The notes under the pieces: generated by a model
The model's database searches: none
Seen by the model: the letters and a program-made list of their open reading frames with translations, nothing else
What the model was told of the DNA's origin: nothing
Translations under genes and position numbers: made by a program
Shown here: positions 37,458-50,887 of the stretch, piece by piece
Layout: each line of letters starts with the position of its first letter
Numbering within the stretch: position 1 is the stretch's first letter
Assembly: GCF_023055435.1 (NCBI RefSeq)
Contig: NW_025963891.1
Coordinates: forward strand, 2,914,001 to 2,978,000
Reading direction: 5' to 3'
Source of the DNA: Haliotis rufescens
Taxonomy: Eukaryota
DNA: 64,000 nucleotides

Positions 37458-38000
37458 CAAGACAAGACAAGATTTATTCAGTAATTAGGCCTCAAGCCCA
37501 TAATACAAAAATATATACATGTTATAGAACCTGCATGCATGCAGGTATGCTATGTATGTAGCCATGATTATGACACATGTAATGTGTATAAATAAATAGT
37601 CAAATACTTATGCTTAAACAACCAAAGGTTCTTCTCTTATACACCTAATTTTCAGCAAACATTTTCCAATAGATATTATAATATTTTTATCTGTTGATGA
37701 CATTAATGATAAGAATGTTAGATAATTTGAGCATATCTTGGGCATATAATGAGAACATGATATTCATTTTCAATTAAGGATTTATGAAGGGAATTGAAGA
37801 AGATACAGAACATTGATATGTCTACCTGTTTCAACTGTAATGATTCTAAAATGATTGCATCTGAAATTTGTAAATAGTTTTATTAAGTGGATCGGTAAGT
37901 CATAAGAGAGATATAATTCAGGGGTAAATAAGGACTTATACTCTTTGTAATGTTTACATGTTGGTGGTAGTCTACAAGGAAGTGTTATTAGCCAAGTTTG
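37458..38000 (-). mobile_element. LINE 3' end with (TCTTG)n tail
   Basis: YKEYKSLFTPELYL...FRC...VETGRH; minus-strand AATAAA followed by tcttg repeats. Confidence 0.75.
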
Positions 38001-39238
38001 GTTTAATGTCTTGATCAACGTGTTTGTCACTAATCTTCCTTTTAATGTTGACGCTGCATAATCTGCACATCAAGCAATCAAGTTTATTGATGTAGACGTC
38101 TGGCTTATAACCAAAAAAATAAAATAAAAAATATATGTCCACGAAACACGTGCTGCTGGCAGCAGGTAACAGCAGGTTACTCTTTAAGGTGTGCTTCATA
38201 CACGCTGCACACTTCAAGTATTTTACAGTCTCATCACACATTTACAATAAAAAAGACATTCTATAGTTGAATGCAATGTGGACATACACGGCAAGTTTAT
38301 ACATGAAATAATTATTTTCAGAAGCCATCAACAGGCTCAAGTTTTGTAGATTAGGATATGGCCAATATTTGAAAGGAAAGTACTTCTGATAGAAAACAAT
38401 CTGATACATACAACCAGAAAGTGAAATTCATCACTTTCAAATTAATGTAACATTCTCATACAAAAATCAGTTTCCCCAAATGTCCCACAATATTTCAAAT
38501 TTCAGGAACCAACGATTTCATTTTCCTATACGAAAACGTTTCATCCAGGTTGTTCAATTATTAGAACGTACTGCAGAACGTTGACTTGGCAGCTGACAAT
38601 GTAAGTTCCTCTACTTATGGCTGCCAAGGCTCATCATTTTGCTACCAACTTGAAGATAAAATAATCACAGGTGGCTTCTCTATTGTTGACAACCCAACCT
38701 TCGTCAATTATTCAAATAGGGACCAAAATATTGCGTGCAGCCTCCAACCAAATGGGACAACAATTGTTTTATTATTATGGAAGCTGTCGAAGCATATGCC
38801 AAACAAATGGCCCAAAAGAGAAGAGGAACCTGTTGATTTTCTTTCAGAGTGGGTTTAAGTCAGTGCGTGGTGTTGTCATTGGTAGAATGCACAAACTGAA
38901 AAAGGGGAAACCTTCTGGCTGTTCAACATGAAAAGTTTGTAGTTGTTCCTACTGACAAGACCTCTTATACTATCACTTCATTAATTGTTTGATAAAAAAA
39001 ACTTGGTATAAGTGATAGATCAAATAATGCCACATATAAAGTTAGTATGTTAACTGAGGAAGAAATCTGCCCAAACATCAGTGCCATCAACTTTTGGCTT
39101 GACTCCAAAGCAACTCCAAGCAACTGTACCACCAAATCCCTGTCTCAACGATTAACCATTATCCTTAATACCTTCAAGGAAGGACTTTCTTAATAGTCAC
39201 AGAAAGTATTTGAGACAGGTCGAATTAATACCATATGA

Positions 39239-39508
39239 TTTGGTTGGTTGATTTGTTGTTTTACGCCGCACTCAGCAATATTCCAGCTTTATGACGGCGG
39301 TCTGTAAATAATCGAGTCTGGACTAGACAATCCAGTGATTAATATCATGAGCATCGATCCACGCAATTGGGATCGATGACATGCATCAACCAAGTCCGCG
39401 AGCCTGACCACCCGATACCGTAAGTCGCCTTTTACGACAAGCATAGTCACCTTTTACGACAAGCATGGGTTGCTGAAGACCTGTTCTACCCCGGAATCTT
39501 CACGGGTC
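39239..39508 (-). mobile_element. SINE-like family A, full length
   Basis: Reverse complement of 15343-15614; TSD aataccatatga/aataacatatga. Confidence 0.9.
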
Positions 39509-40017
39509 AATAACATATGAATACTAAAAAACTCAACAGAGTTTTGCTTGTCCGTGTCCTGCAATCTATGCTGGTTGAAAAACGTTATTCGATTGGTTTG
39601 TATCCCGAAATGAACAATTTTCTTGATAAGTATGTAATTTTTCTCAATTCCAAAATTTAAAACGTGCCATTTCGTGCGAAATGGTTATCACTTTAATTCA
39701 TGTATCAGAACAACTTCGATTTCATTGTATTTTTTCTCATTCTGCCAACCAAGAGGGTTCGACTACCACTCGAGTTCCAATTGGTAAAGTTTGCATGTTA
39801 CTGTGTGGATACACAATAAGTGTTTTCAGATTTTCGGATGTTATTGAGTAAACCCGACGGATTCTAATGAAATATCTGCGCATTGAATACACAATAACAC
39901 CCGCAAGTCTGAAAGCACAAAATATGTTTTCAGAATTGATTTTATTCCATGTTCAAAGTTCATGTTTTGGGCTTGGAAGTCTTGTATACGTTTGAAGTAG
40001 ACAGTGAACCAGATTTA

Positions 40018-41563
40018 TGTACGTTACAGCCAGATTGTGAAACCAGTCATTTTGTGAAACGTTTAAGACTTTCAGTCTACACTCACGAAGCGTCAACATG
40101 AGTACTATCTTCTGTCCAAGTAAGAAGTACTCCAGTGTGCTAATGTTGAGAAGTTAATCAAGAAGCACCAATCACCAAATGAACCTAAACTCTACTTCGT
40201 CACAATAGAAGATACCTTCGACATTATTAAAATCGTGAACATTGACACTGCACATGGTGGTCGCAACAGAATGATACATGATCTGCAAAGCAAATATGCC
40301 AACATCTTGAGACACTGTAGAACTGTTCAAATCTTTATTGAACAGCTCCAAAGCATGCGAAAACGACCCATGACGTAGTGAAGCCTATCTTGACTAGTGA
40401 GTTCATTTCTCGGGGACAAGTCAATCTCATGTCCATGCAGTCCATCTTCAGACAGAACAGACCTCCAGTGAGTTTTGGCCCATAATGAGGTGAGGTGAAA
40501 TGGGGTTTAACGTCGCGTCCAAGATTATTGCACTTATATAGCGACGTGCATGCGCGCGCGTGTGTGTGTGTGTGTGTGTGTTTGGCTGCTTGTACTAGTC
40601 CGGACTGATGCCGATTTATAGTGCTAGCTCACTGAGATACCATGCCGCAGTTTAACATGAATACCCCACTCATACACAGTATACTGACTCCGAGCCGACC
40701 AGTCCTTGTTTTAGCCCCTTAATGCCGAGCGCCAGACAGGGTAACAACAAGTACCATCGTTTAACGTCTTTTGGTATGACGCAGCCGGGGATCGAACCCC
40801 GGACCTTCCGCTCTCCGGGCGGACGCTCTACCACTAGACCACGGAGGCGGTCGGCCCATAAGGAAACACCAGAGCAAGCACCTTCATCTGAAACAACTGA
40901 TTCATTTGTTTCTGTGACAACTGAGCTTGACCAGAGACAAAAAGTGTGTGCTCCGGTGCCAGAGCTTCTAAGGTGTTGCAAGCAGAACGCATAGTGATGA
41001 GAAGTCGCATTATATAATTGCAGGTGAAACAGGGGACAGTGTTGCTGTACATATACAAGATGTCGATCGTGGCAGAGGGTAACCTAGAAATACCCTTGGT
41101 GTTAGGAAAGTAAATGATCAGTACACTGTTGCAACAAAAAGCGGTATCCTGAATGGCACCTACTCAAGAAATCAATTTGACATTTGTCCTCAGAAGCTCC
41201 TCACTGACACTGACATCAACAGAACAACACTTGTCTCACTCGGAGAAGCAGTGCGACATATACATCCATTTGTGGTGGAGAAGGCTTTGTCGAGTGTGTG
41301 ACTGCAGTTGGCCCGAGAAGTGTCGAACAAGCCAATGCAAGTGTTAGAAAGCAAACCTTAAATGCAACAGCCGCTGTCACCATAACTCATTGATAACTCA
41401 TTGCTTGAATTGCTCCAATAAAAGATGTGGAACTTACTTATCTTCGTATTTTTTCACATATAAGATCTAGATAACAGTTTAGTTATTTCGTCAAATGTCT
41501 GCCTTTAATTTTCAGTCATTTCATGAAACGACTGAAAGCTTCACAATCTGGCTGAAACGTACA
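40018..41563 (+). mobile_element. Ginger-type DNA transposon (KRBA2-like integrase), internally deleted
   Basis: TIR tgtacgttacagccagattgtgaa / ttcacaatctggctgaaacgtaca; remnants HGGRNRM, KPILTSEFISRGQV, DVDRGR, YSRNQF, C..C.C.K...CNSRCH. Confidence 0.8.
40486..40852 (-). mobile_element. tRNA-derived SINE, family D
   Basis: A box ggtctagtggtag, B box ggttcgatccc; 9-bp TSD ggcccataa. Confidence 0.9.
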
Positions 41564-41794
41564 TAGATAATATATTTTATGAATGCTTCACTTGTTATCA
41601 TGATTGTGGACAGAACGGGGAAGGAAGCAAGGAAAGCAGGAGGGAAGCAGTTAGTTGCTTCCATTTCAATTGATCCTGTTGTTTTTGTTTGTAACATTTT
41701 GTAACAACTGATCTATACTCTTCAAATAAAAGAAACGCATATATTTGACTATAAAAACAAAATTAGCGGACCAAGAGGTGCAAAATGAAGAGGT

Positions 41795-42730
41795 TTAATG
41801 TGTTGTAGTGTCAGTGACACATTGTCCGGATCATGCAAACCATTAGTCGGGAATCACGAGTGTTCCTGGGACAGTCAGGCTGGTAAGGCTCATCCTCAGC
41901 TCAGGGCCCTTCACCCCTCTACACGCAGCCCATACAGCGAATGGGACTTCTCCCAGGAAGAGCTGCCTAGTCAAACCCACCCAGAACTTTTCGGAGAAAG
42001 TGAAGACTCCTCAACACTGCAGCCTTCTGTATTACCCAGATTGTCAGAAGGGCAGTATTCCCGGCAGCAAACCCGGGTACTCCCCCGATGTCAGTCAACA
42101 GATTTGGAGGTACCAAACCTAAGGCACCGAGAACAATGGGGAGTCGGACAGCTTGGTACCTGGGATGCAAGCGTGACATTCTGAAAGCGAGGTCTGCATA
42201 TTTGCCATGTTTTTCCTCAATCTTGTCAATCACACAACTCCCAAAATTGACAGAAAATTCAATGATATAAATGATTTCATTGGATTTATCAAAAAGGACA
42301 AGATCAGATTCGTTGGCCTGGATATGTCTGAGGCTGTATACGGGCCTATTCCAAAGGATTTTGTATTTATCATTTTCCATGACGCCCTCTACATATTCCG
42401 GGTCGAACTATGGGTGGACCTCTGTGTCAAAACCACAAGCATGACGAAGACGGTAATAAAATGATCGAGCTACACCATCATATCGTTTAAGATACTGTGT
42501 TTGTGCCAAAGCTGGGCATCCACTGACAATGTGTTGGACAGTCTTATTCAATCATTACATAATCTATATTTCATATTTACATTTTATGCAAAATCACACA
42601 CTGACGGTTTCGAGTGGGAAGTGACTGGTCCTGAGCAGCAAACAGAAAGCCTTCAGTTTCACTTTTCAGGCCAGACGACTTCATCCAAGCGAAGGACTCT
42701 GCAGGATTGCTGATCTTCTCAACGCACTGC
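41795..42730 (-). mobile_element. R4/Dong-clade non-LTR retrotransposon 3' fragment (CCHC plus restriction-like endonuclease, 3' UTR)
   Basis: LKSETEGFLFAAQDQSLPTRN, TVQHIVSGCPAL..YLKRYD, KILWN...DLVLFDK...IIEFSV...EEKHGKYADL, IQKAAVL. Confidence 0.85.
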
Positions 42731-43399
42731 ACATAAACTGAATATAATGATAAAGTTCCCACATTTACAGCATCTGTGGCCGCTTTGTTGGCTACTGGGT
42801 TCAGATGGCTATAACAAGCTGTGATATTGTGAATGGATATTTTATTAGATACAGCGATCGCAATGGCAAATATAGAAATCACCATGAAATACGTTATTAA
42901 AATTTATTGAATAAATATCGTAATTGTTTTTAAGAACGATATTCACAGAACACTGTCTAAGATTAATCATAATGTCTTAAAATGATAATTCTGCAATGAA
43001 GAAAGTCATTGATTGACGGAAAAGACTAAATGAAGTGCCTGAAAATACCTCCTCTTTCGTGTAAAAAAATGTTCTCGACTGACTTAAATACCTGTGAATC
43101 AAGTATAGAGTTCTAAAATATTAAGCTTGAATCAACATCACTATTCGCTCTTTACTCCAGTAAATAATGCGATTTTAGTGTTAAAGAACGCATGACTTTT
43201 GTCAGCATGTTCATTATTCGTTTCGTTGCATGGAAATCATGTAGCAATGTTCCACTTCCGGAATTCCTTGAACTAAATAACCTAAGGAGCCCGGCAAAGT
43301 AAAGTATAGACTGAAAACAACCCGACAAGAAATGGTTATTGGATGGTGATGTTGTTTGTTTGTTGTTTAAGGCCGCACTCAGCAATATTCCAGCTATAG

Positions 43400-43750
43400 T
43401 ATGTGTTTTGGACCTCGAGTTTGAAGTTAGTTCAGCCAGGAAACGTTTTGATAACGTTTGTGATACTTTGGTTTGATTCAAAGTTTCAAGTGTATACTTT
43501 CATATGCCCGACAGAACATAGGGGCTTGTAACGCACTTATTAACAGCTACAAGATGTGTGGTCACTACCTGTGTCATAGTCGTTCTTTTATGCTGTATGG
43601 TGACACTTGTAGTGTTAATACATCTGATGGTCCTTTGCTTGTATTAAGTCGTCTGGTCTGAAGAGTGAAACAGAAGGCGTTCTGTGTGCTGCTCAGGACC
43701 AGTCCCTTTACACTCGAAACCGTCAATGTGTGATTTTGCATCAGGATCAC
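43400..43750 (+). mobile_element. Second R4-clade fragment in the opposite orientation
   Basis: KSSGLKSETEGVLCAAQDQSLYTRNRQCVILH on +. Confidence 0.75.
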
Positions 43751-43786
43751 TCTGTGCTGCATTTTTATAAATTTAAATCTGTATAT

Positions 43787-43997
43787 ACTACTACTACTAC
43801 TACTACTACTGGGGCGGTCGGGTAGCCTAGTTGTTAAAGCGTTCGGTCGTCACGCCGAAGACCCGGGTTCGAGTCCCGACATGGGTACAATGTGTGAAGC
43901 CCATTTCTGGTGTCCCCCGCCGTGATATTGCTGGAATATTGCTAAAAGCGGCGTAAAACCATACTCACTCACTACTACTACTACTACTACTACTACT
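43787..43997. repeat. (TAC)n microsatellite split by a SINE
   Basis: tac repeats on both sides of 43811-43972. Confidence 0.9.
43811..43972 (+). mobile_element. tRNA(Asp-like)-derived SINE, family B
   Basis: tagcctagttgttaa A box, ggttcgagtccc B box, tail gaatattgctaaaagcggcgtaaaacc..ctcactca. Confidence 0.9.
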
Positions 43998-45213
43998 GAG
44001 CATGTGTTTATGAATCACTATAATACAAATACTCATCAATTAGAATTAGAGTAAGGGGAAGGGAGTAATTGTGTTTCTTCCTTTTGATTTTGTACATGTA
44101 CAGTAAAGTGCTGGAAAAAAATCCATAAACTATGTAATTAAAACTTCTGATGATCAATATTCAAGTAAGTCTATCTCTTCCATTAAATTCTGCGCATTGC
44201 TCTAAACTCCAATTACATAAGAAGAGCAGCAGATTAAGTTCATTTTGTTATGATATGTCGACAGGTAGGTAAATCAATAGTTAACGCACATACACATAAA
44301 TCATCAAAATACATTTGCTAATGTCAGAAACAGAAAACGCCCCCGTGTTAACAGGCAGAACACTCTTCTTCAGAAAGCATAAAGCACTTCTGGATACATT
44401 TGTTGGTCTGTCGGGAACATGGATTACCTCCTGTTGAAGTAGTTGAACAGGGGCATCTCATTGAGTAAGAGTGCATCACCCTCAAGAAGGGAAACGCTTA
44501 ATGAGAGACACTTCCAGTGTGTAAATAGGTACTGCCATGCATACACTTCAGAATGGTCAGATATTAAAAGTAATAATAACCGTGAATACTGAACAAATTA
44601 TAAAAACAAACATGAAACCTGACGAAAGGAAATGCATCCAGCTGTGTCAATATTATATATAGCAGCACCTGCAGCCTACGTAACTGAACGTCAACTCATC
44701 CTCTGAACCCGGAACGTGATACCTGACAAGACAGTGGGAACAGTACATGAAAACTCCAAAGTCGTTCAAAGTAGGTAACTACAATTACTCCTGAATGATA
44801 TACATGTTGCGATATTTCATGCTCATCTATATTTCATAACCTAAGACGATAAGATTCTAGTGTAGACAATAGGTATAACTGTATCTATATCATAGTATTA
44901 TACTTTCACGTAACTATCAACATAAAATAATAAACTCTATTATTTATACTATAAGGCAATCAGTCTTAGAATAGGTACCCAGCACACCATCGTCATGCGA
45001 AGAGGAGGCTGAATGGGATCGAATGGACGAGCTCTGTGCCTCTTCCGACTGCCTGTCCTCATGCCCCATTGTCATGATGCTCTGTCACTTGTTTGAATAG
45101 GCCAAATCCGATAATTCGTGAACGGGATATTGCTGGAATAGTACTGACGTTACACAACATGCCCTCATGCACACTCCACTACACATCATATGACCTTAAC
45201 AGTAAAGTAGTGA

Positions 45214-45476
45214 GTGAGTGAGTGAGTGAGTTGGGTTTAACGCCGCTTTTAACAGTATTCCAGTTACATCACGGCGTGTCAGCTTAATGTGTGAGGTCTC
45301 AGACGTTTACCATTTCGGTGAAACCCACGAGCACGGGTATGGTGCTGACAGACCTAGAAACATAATCGGGGCGAACCGGGATTCGAACACACAATCATAG
45401 GTTTCTGGCGTGCCTAAGGGACGCAACTCTGCACAGCGAATCGCGGCGCCTTAGACGACTGGGCCACCCGTGCCCC
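45214..45476 (-). mobile_element. tRNA-derived SINE, family C
   Basis: TSD cagtaaagtagtga; empty site in copies 2 and 3 (about 53365 and 62911). Confidence 0.9.
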
Positions 45477-46684
45477 CAGTAAAGTAGTGAAATATCAATG
45501 ATACATTCACCAGAAGTGAACATAGAGAAGCAAATGAATCTAAACATCAATGTCAGGCCTTGATCTATGCATGGAAAACCAAGCAAGTGGACCAAAGGGA
45601 TAAGGATTTATGGCAATACGAGATGACCGTTTCTTTCAACTCTTTGTTTTCATCATAACGTCCAAGATGATTGTGCATTACATTATCGAGGTACTTGAGA
45701 ACAAGTTCGTCTTGTGCTGACGTAAGCAAACGTCACTTGGTACTGGTAAGAAAGTATGTGATCAAGACTGCAGCATTATGAGACTAATAAAAAGGTTCCA
45801 TTTTTATATGGTGAACACTTTAAGGCAATTGCAATCTGTATTATGAAAAATGTGATGGTGTGCGTCATAACCTACTTCGACCACTGGAAGAAGCATTCTC
45901 TTTTGAAATATATTAGCATTGCTCGTCTTGGGGACATTCTAAGGAATATTATAGGAACATGTGGGGTTATCTACTTTTCAAGCTCAGGTTGCACTCATTC
46001 GTACCTGAATGATTCCAAAGGAAGTTGGTCGTTCTCAGCACTGCCACCTGACAGTTTACACGTATTGAAATTGCCGCCATCGTGATATCAGTTGAGATAA
46101 TATAATCTTTTCTAATCCATGGGTGAAATGGATCGTGGCCTTTACCTTCACTCACGTTAGGTTCTATCGGTAGGGCAAGGCGTTCTAACCTGTTTTGCGA
46201 TCACCCAGTGTTTGGACGATGCTTCGCGAGTATAGGTTCTTGCAATGGGGCCTTAGGAATGTCCTTCGTTAAGTAATGAGTGTTGGTACACATGTATAAT
46301 TTAATGCACAATTTAAGACAAGATCCAATTCGAAGAACGTTATGTAAGATGTGAAAAACGGTAGAATAAACTGTCTTAATCAGCTGAGGTTTTTCTCTTA
46401 TATCATAATGTGTTTAGTTAACAGACCTATTAGATAGAGGTATCTCCCCATTTGTAAAGTAAAGTGTACTTTTCCTCTCCGAAGGCGACTTTTTTTTTAG
46501 ATTCTTGAGCCTCACGTGTAATATCCAGACTGCGAATGCTTTTTCAGCCAAGTGCACATGAAACCGCCAGAGATGGCACACAGTTATTATGCTTCCAGTG
46601 TTTTCTCGAATTGTCACATTTAAATGGACAAAACGTAAGAATGAACATTTATTGAACATTATAAGTTTTATGTATATATGTTAG

Positions 46685-46917
46685 TGTGACTGAGTTGGGT
46701 TTGACGCCGCTTTGAACATTATTCTAGTTTTATGACGGCGTGTCAGGTTAATTGGGAGTAAAGCCCGAAGTGGTGCATGTGTCAGACATCTACCACTTTG
46801 GTGAACCCCTTAAGGACGTGTATGATGCACATAAACGTAGAAACATAATCTGGGCGAACCGGGATTCGAATCCACAATCATAGCGTTCAGGCGTGTCCAA
46901 GGTGACGCAACTCTGCA
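46685..46917 (-). mobile_element. SINE family C, 5'-truncated
   Basis: Similar to 50888-51168. Confidence 0.8.
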
Positions 46918-46920
46918 GCT

Positions 46921-46933
46921 GTGTGTATTTGTG

Positions 46934-46977
<44 letters not shown>

Positions 46978-46995
46978 TGTGTGTGTGTGTGTATG
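46921..46995. repeat. (GT)n/(GCGT)n microsatellite
   Basis: Direct inspection. Confidence 0.95.
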
Positions 46996-47619
46996 TGCAT
47001 GTGGGCGTATGTGTGCAATAAAGTTATTCTCAACATGGCTGAAAGTGGGTTAATAACATTCATACAATGCACATACAAATCACGTCTTATACATGACAGC
47101 ATTTTTTACATAATTTAGACACGGGGTAATTTTGGTCATCGGTTTCTGTATATTTTAGAGTAAATAATTTTTCTCGAAACATTTCCTGGCGTCTCCCTAC
47201 CCTCCACCCATAATTCCAAACTTTCGACCCCTTATTGACACCACACTATATTATTGTTGTTGAACTCATGATCGAAAAGAATAAAACATTTCTATAAAAT
47301 GTTAAAAAAAAAAATCAAAATCAAACATAACAACGTTAGAACTACATCGGGCCTTCATCAGCATCTTTGGTTTCCTGCGAGATTTCAAGACAAAAATAAC
47401 TTTGGTGTCAGTTGGTTTCCATGCGTGAAACCAGACAACTTGTTTCGTGTAGGTTTAGGGATACATATGGTCTAATTGGTTTCTGGTGTAACTGAGACAT
47501 GAATGACATATGGAAGCTTCCATCACTGAATACAGACAGGAAGTCTATATAATAAAATTACCAATAGGTTTCTGACAAGCTAGGAACCAATTCTTATCAT
47601 CTGTGGAACATTTTTGTGA

Positions 47620-48085
47620 CAGCCTTTGGTGTTTACATTTCACAACTTTTGAGATACATTGAGCATGCTCTTTCTACCAAGATTTCAAAGAGCGCTATAC
47701 GAGAAGTTGTTTGATCAAGGTTACAACATTCAAGGTCTCAGAAAAGCTTTCAAAAGGTTTTATGGCAGATATGTGGAGGGCATTTCACAATTTGACGCAT
47801 CAGTGACAAACATGATGTCCGATGCAATTCCCTATTTTGACTTGTACCATATGTTTACGTGAACAATTGATTTTAGAACAATTGACTTGCCTTTGCATGT
47901 GGTTGTAACGGTTGCCATCGGTAGGGAAGGATACGCGCACCTTTTCGCGAACACCTGGTATCATCACTATTTGATAGGGATTCATATAACACATGCTCAT
48001 GATACAGTCGGAATCGCACAATCGACTTTGCTTTTATGCGGAGATTACTATTGGATATGGAAAGGGTTTTGTCGCTTTATATACA
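47620..48085 (+). mobile_element. Penelope-like element 3' fragment
   Basis: FGVYISQLLRY.RAC...KLFDQGYNIQGLRKAFKRFYGRY..; ORF stops at 47862; absent from copy 2. Confidence 0.75.
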
Positions 48086-49861
48086 GCATTGAAAACATTC
48101 CAACGCATTCCCATCATCATGAATGCGACTCTGAACAAATAATTTCAAGAATAAGTACTTTTCCAGCACTATTTTCAATGTGTATAAAACCAATATCATT
48201 TGTCATTTGTTTAAAATATCTGAAATAATGCTTAGTTGAAGACACACTGATATACCTACAATGATTTAGAGATTTCCCACTTTACAAACGAACAAACACT
48301 CACACACGTTATCTATGATGTGTTTGTACAGCCGCCGAAGAAGCTTCATGTTAATCTAGCTATCTTGACAGCCAATAACTTTTTATCCGCACGTTTTATC
48401 CAAAAGTTGTGTTGACATGGATAACTGTAATCGTATGCAGACTGTTAATGCCTTTAAAAACCATCATCATGGATACACGTCATCCACCGTGTAGGGTTAA
48501 AATAATGTAATAACGCCACAGAGATGCTCTATCATTTTAGTCAAAGATGTTTCATAACGTATTTTGTGTGTGCATGTTTGCAGCATGAATAAGATAGCGC
48601 TTCATCAATGTCCAGTTAAAACTGAAAGGTTTGGCATCACTGTTAAGACATTCATTTAATAGCATGGTAGGAGGCTCATTCGCCTTTATGAACGTCGTAA
48701 TTTAAACCATTTCTACTCGGAAATACGCGTAATGTTCGTGCAAGTTAGTGCCGCATTCCGCACCTAATTTACGTACGCACACAAAAAATACATTACTCCA
48801 ACGTTATCGTTGCCAATCGTTATAGTAATATTTTGGCCACTTTTAGTAGCCGATTCAATCAGTTATGGACGTATGCCTTCAACCTTTATCTCTGCAAGAG
48901 AAGGCATTGGGCATTAGACAAAAACGATAATGTCGAAAATAGTACATTTAGGTATTAATTTGAAGATATGTTTGATACATATGCCAACAATGCAATTGAA
49001 TTATGTGTAATTGTCTTTGCGGGGAGTACCTGTCACAAATAACAATGAAAAATCACAATAGTTTTCATCACCATTAACCATTGTGATATAGTATGTTTAC
49101 ATATTGCTCTTGTGTACTGACTATTTAGAATTACAGGAATGACTGCTTTTTGTTATGAGTTACTGATCACGACAGCTGGTCCTCTCTGACATGCACTTCG
49201 GATAACGAGTTTCAGCCAAGAATGACAATTCCATTTCTAAAACATTTATTTGCTTTCCTAGGAATATGAACACCTACGTAAATAATATTATAATTTCAAG
49301 CACCAAGATTAACAGCCACATTACGCAATCTCTGTGTGTAATGTACTGAAAAGCATTTGTCAGTTTGTTTTTGTGTATTCGAAACGTATGTATCTTTATT
49401 TATCTTATTTTAGATTGAATAATACACCTCTAATCAAAATGTCGTGTTGAAAAACTTGAAAGTGAGATATCTTTTCCTCAGTAATTACAACCAAAAAGTG
49501 ATGGCTTCTTTGTTTTTAAAAGAACCAACACATTCTGTGTGGGTTAATGTACAACGTGACTTGTGTGGGCGCGAGTAAGCCCGCGAAGCCATATATCATA
49601 GAATAAACATGGTTTAGAAGAGGAAGAGAGAGGTGCTTTGATATGTTACACAGTGACAATCTGACCCAGATTGGTGTTCATTGTAGCCACACTGTTCATG
49701 TCATGAACATATCAGAGGGGGGTGTGCTTATTCAAAAATAGAAATCTGAACGGAACGAAAGGGGGAGGATTTCACGTCATAGGCATACACGTGTAGATTG
49801 AACATAACATCTAAAAATGTTTAATTCCTAAACCTGTAAAACTTTGAGATACATATGTAAT

Positions 49862-50135
49862 AAATCAAAGCGGCAAAACCCTTTCCATTATTGATAAGAA
49901 ATCTCTGCCAAAAACAGAATATTGTACGATTGTCTTTTGTAAGATTGTATGATTGTAAGATTGCATGCATTTGTGACAGATGCCACCTGTGGGACAGGAT
50001 ATGTTCAACGTTTTGCGAAGACCTGGTGTAATCACAGTTTGATAGTTATTCCAAAACACATGCTCATGACATAGTCGGAATCGTACAATCGACTCTGCTC
50101 TTATGAATAAAGACAGGGTTTTATCGCCCTTTTTT
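49862..50135. mobile_element. Penelope-like insertion with an inverted 3' end at its 5' side
   Basis: 49862-49932 is the reverse complement of the family 3' end; 49965-50135 is the forward 3' region. Confidence 0.65.
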
Positions 50136-50369
50136 CATTAGAATATAGCATGATCTGAAGACGTTAACATTTTGGGAAAAGAAGGTGTTTAGGTTTGTGT
50201 TATTTACAATGTGCTACTGTAATTGTATCTTGACATATTTGGTCGCGTTGGGAAACAGATAATATGTTGGCGTATAGGTTTGAAAGTGCGAGAAGTTGAT
50301 TGTTGTGATCTTTGAAAGTTTTGTAACAAACGACATTCTCGTTTTCAATCTGGAATGACCTCGCCCTAC

Positions 50370-50520
50370 TCCAGACATATGGCGTCGATCTGCAAATAAT
50401 CGAATGTGGACCAGACAATTCAGTGACATTATGAGCATCAAGCTACGCAACCAAGTCAGCGAACCTGACCACCCGATCCTGTTGGTCGCCTCTTACAAGC
50501 ATGGGTTGGTGAAAACCAAT
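50370..50520 (-). mobile_element. SINE family A, decayed (same position as 56558-56765 in copy 2)
   Basis: cctgaccacccgatcc..gtcgcctcttacaagcatgggtt. Confidence 0.75.
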
Positions 50521-50887
50521 GTCTCAGCCTTTGTCACAAAACACTGGCCTACGTGTATTCTTTGATGACAATAGCATGTTCTGTCTGTATATCTGATTTC
50601 GACTGGACAAGTTTACTTTCATCCTTTGATTAGAATAACAGGTTTTGGTGTTTTTACGCATTCTTTGATTCCTGTAACAGGTGTCGCAGTGATGTCTATG
50701 TTGGGCTAAATAACACAATGCATCTGTGTAGACTGATTGCAACAAAATACTTTATGCTTAACCATAATGGGATTAGTATGGATATCCAAGAAGATGAAAA
50801 TAGCCGGCATTGATATGACTTTGTTATCATACGACTATGCAATTAATATTACAAAAGGAAGACGTTAATACAACGTTCATTATTTGA

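Noticed and set aside
38560-39200. Possible decayed coding sequence
   Set aside because: No recognisable motif in any frame; many stops.
43811-43885. tRNA genes (also heads at about 40780-40852, 45370-45476, 51060-51168, 57285-57357)
   Set aside because: No proper acceptor stem or poly-T terminator; each continues into a SINE body, most with a TSD.
47995-48045. SECIS-like ATGA...AA hairpin in the Penelope-like 3' region
   Set aside because: The stem is short and the 3' GA of the kink-turn quartet is missing; the ATGA is absent from the 1250 copy.
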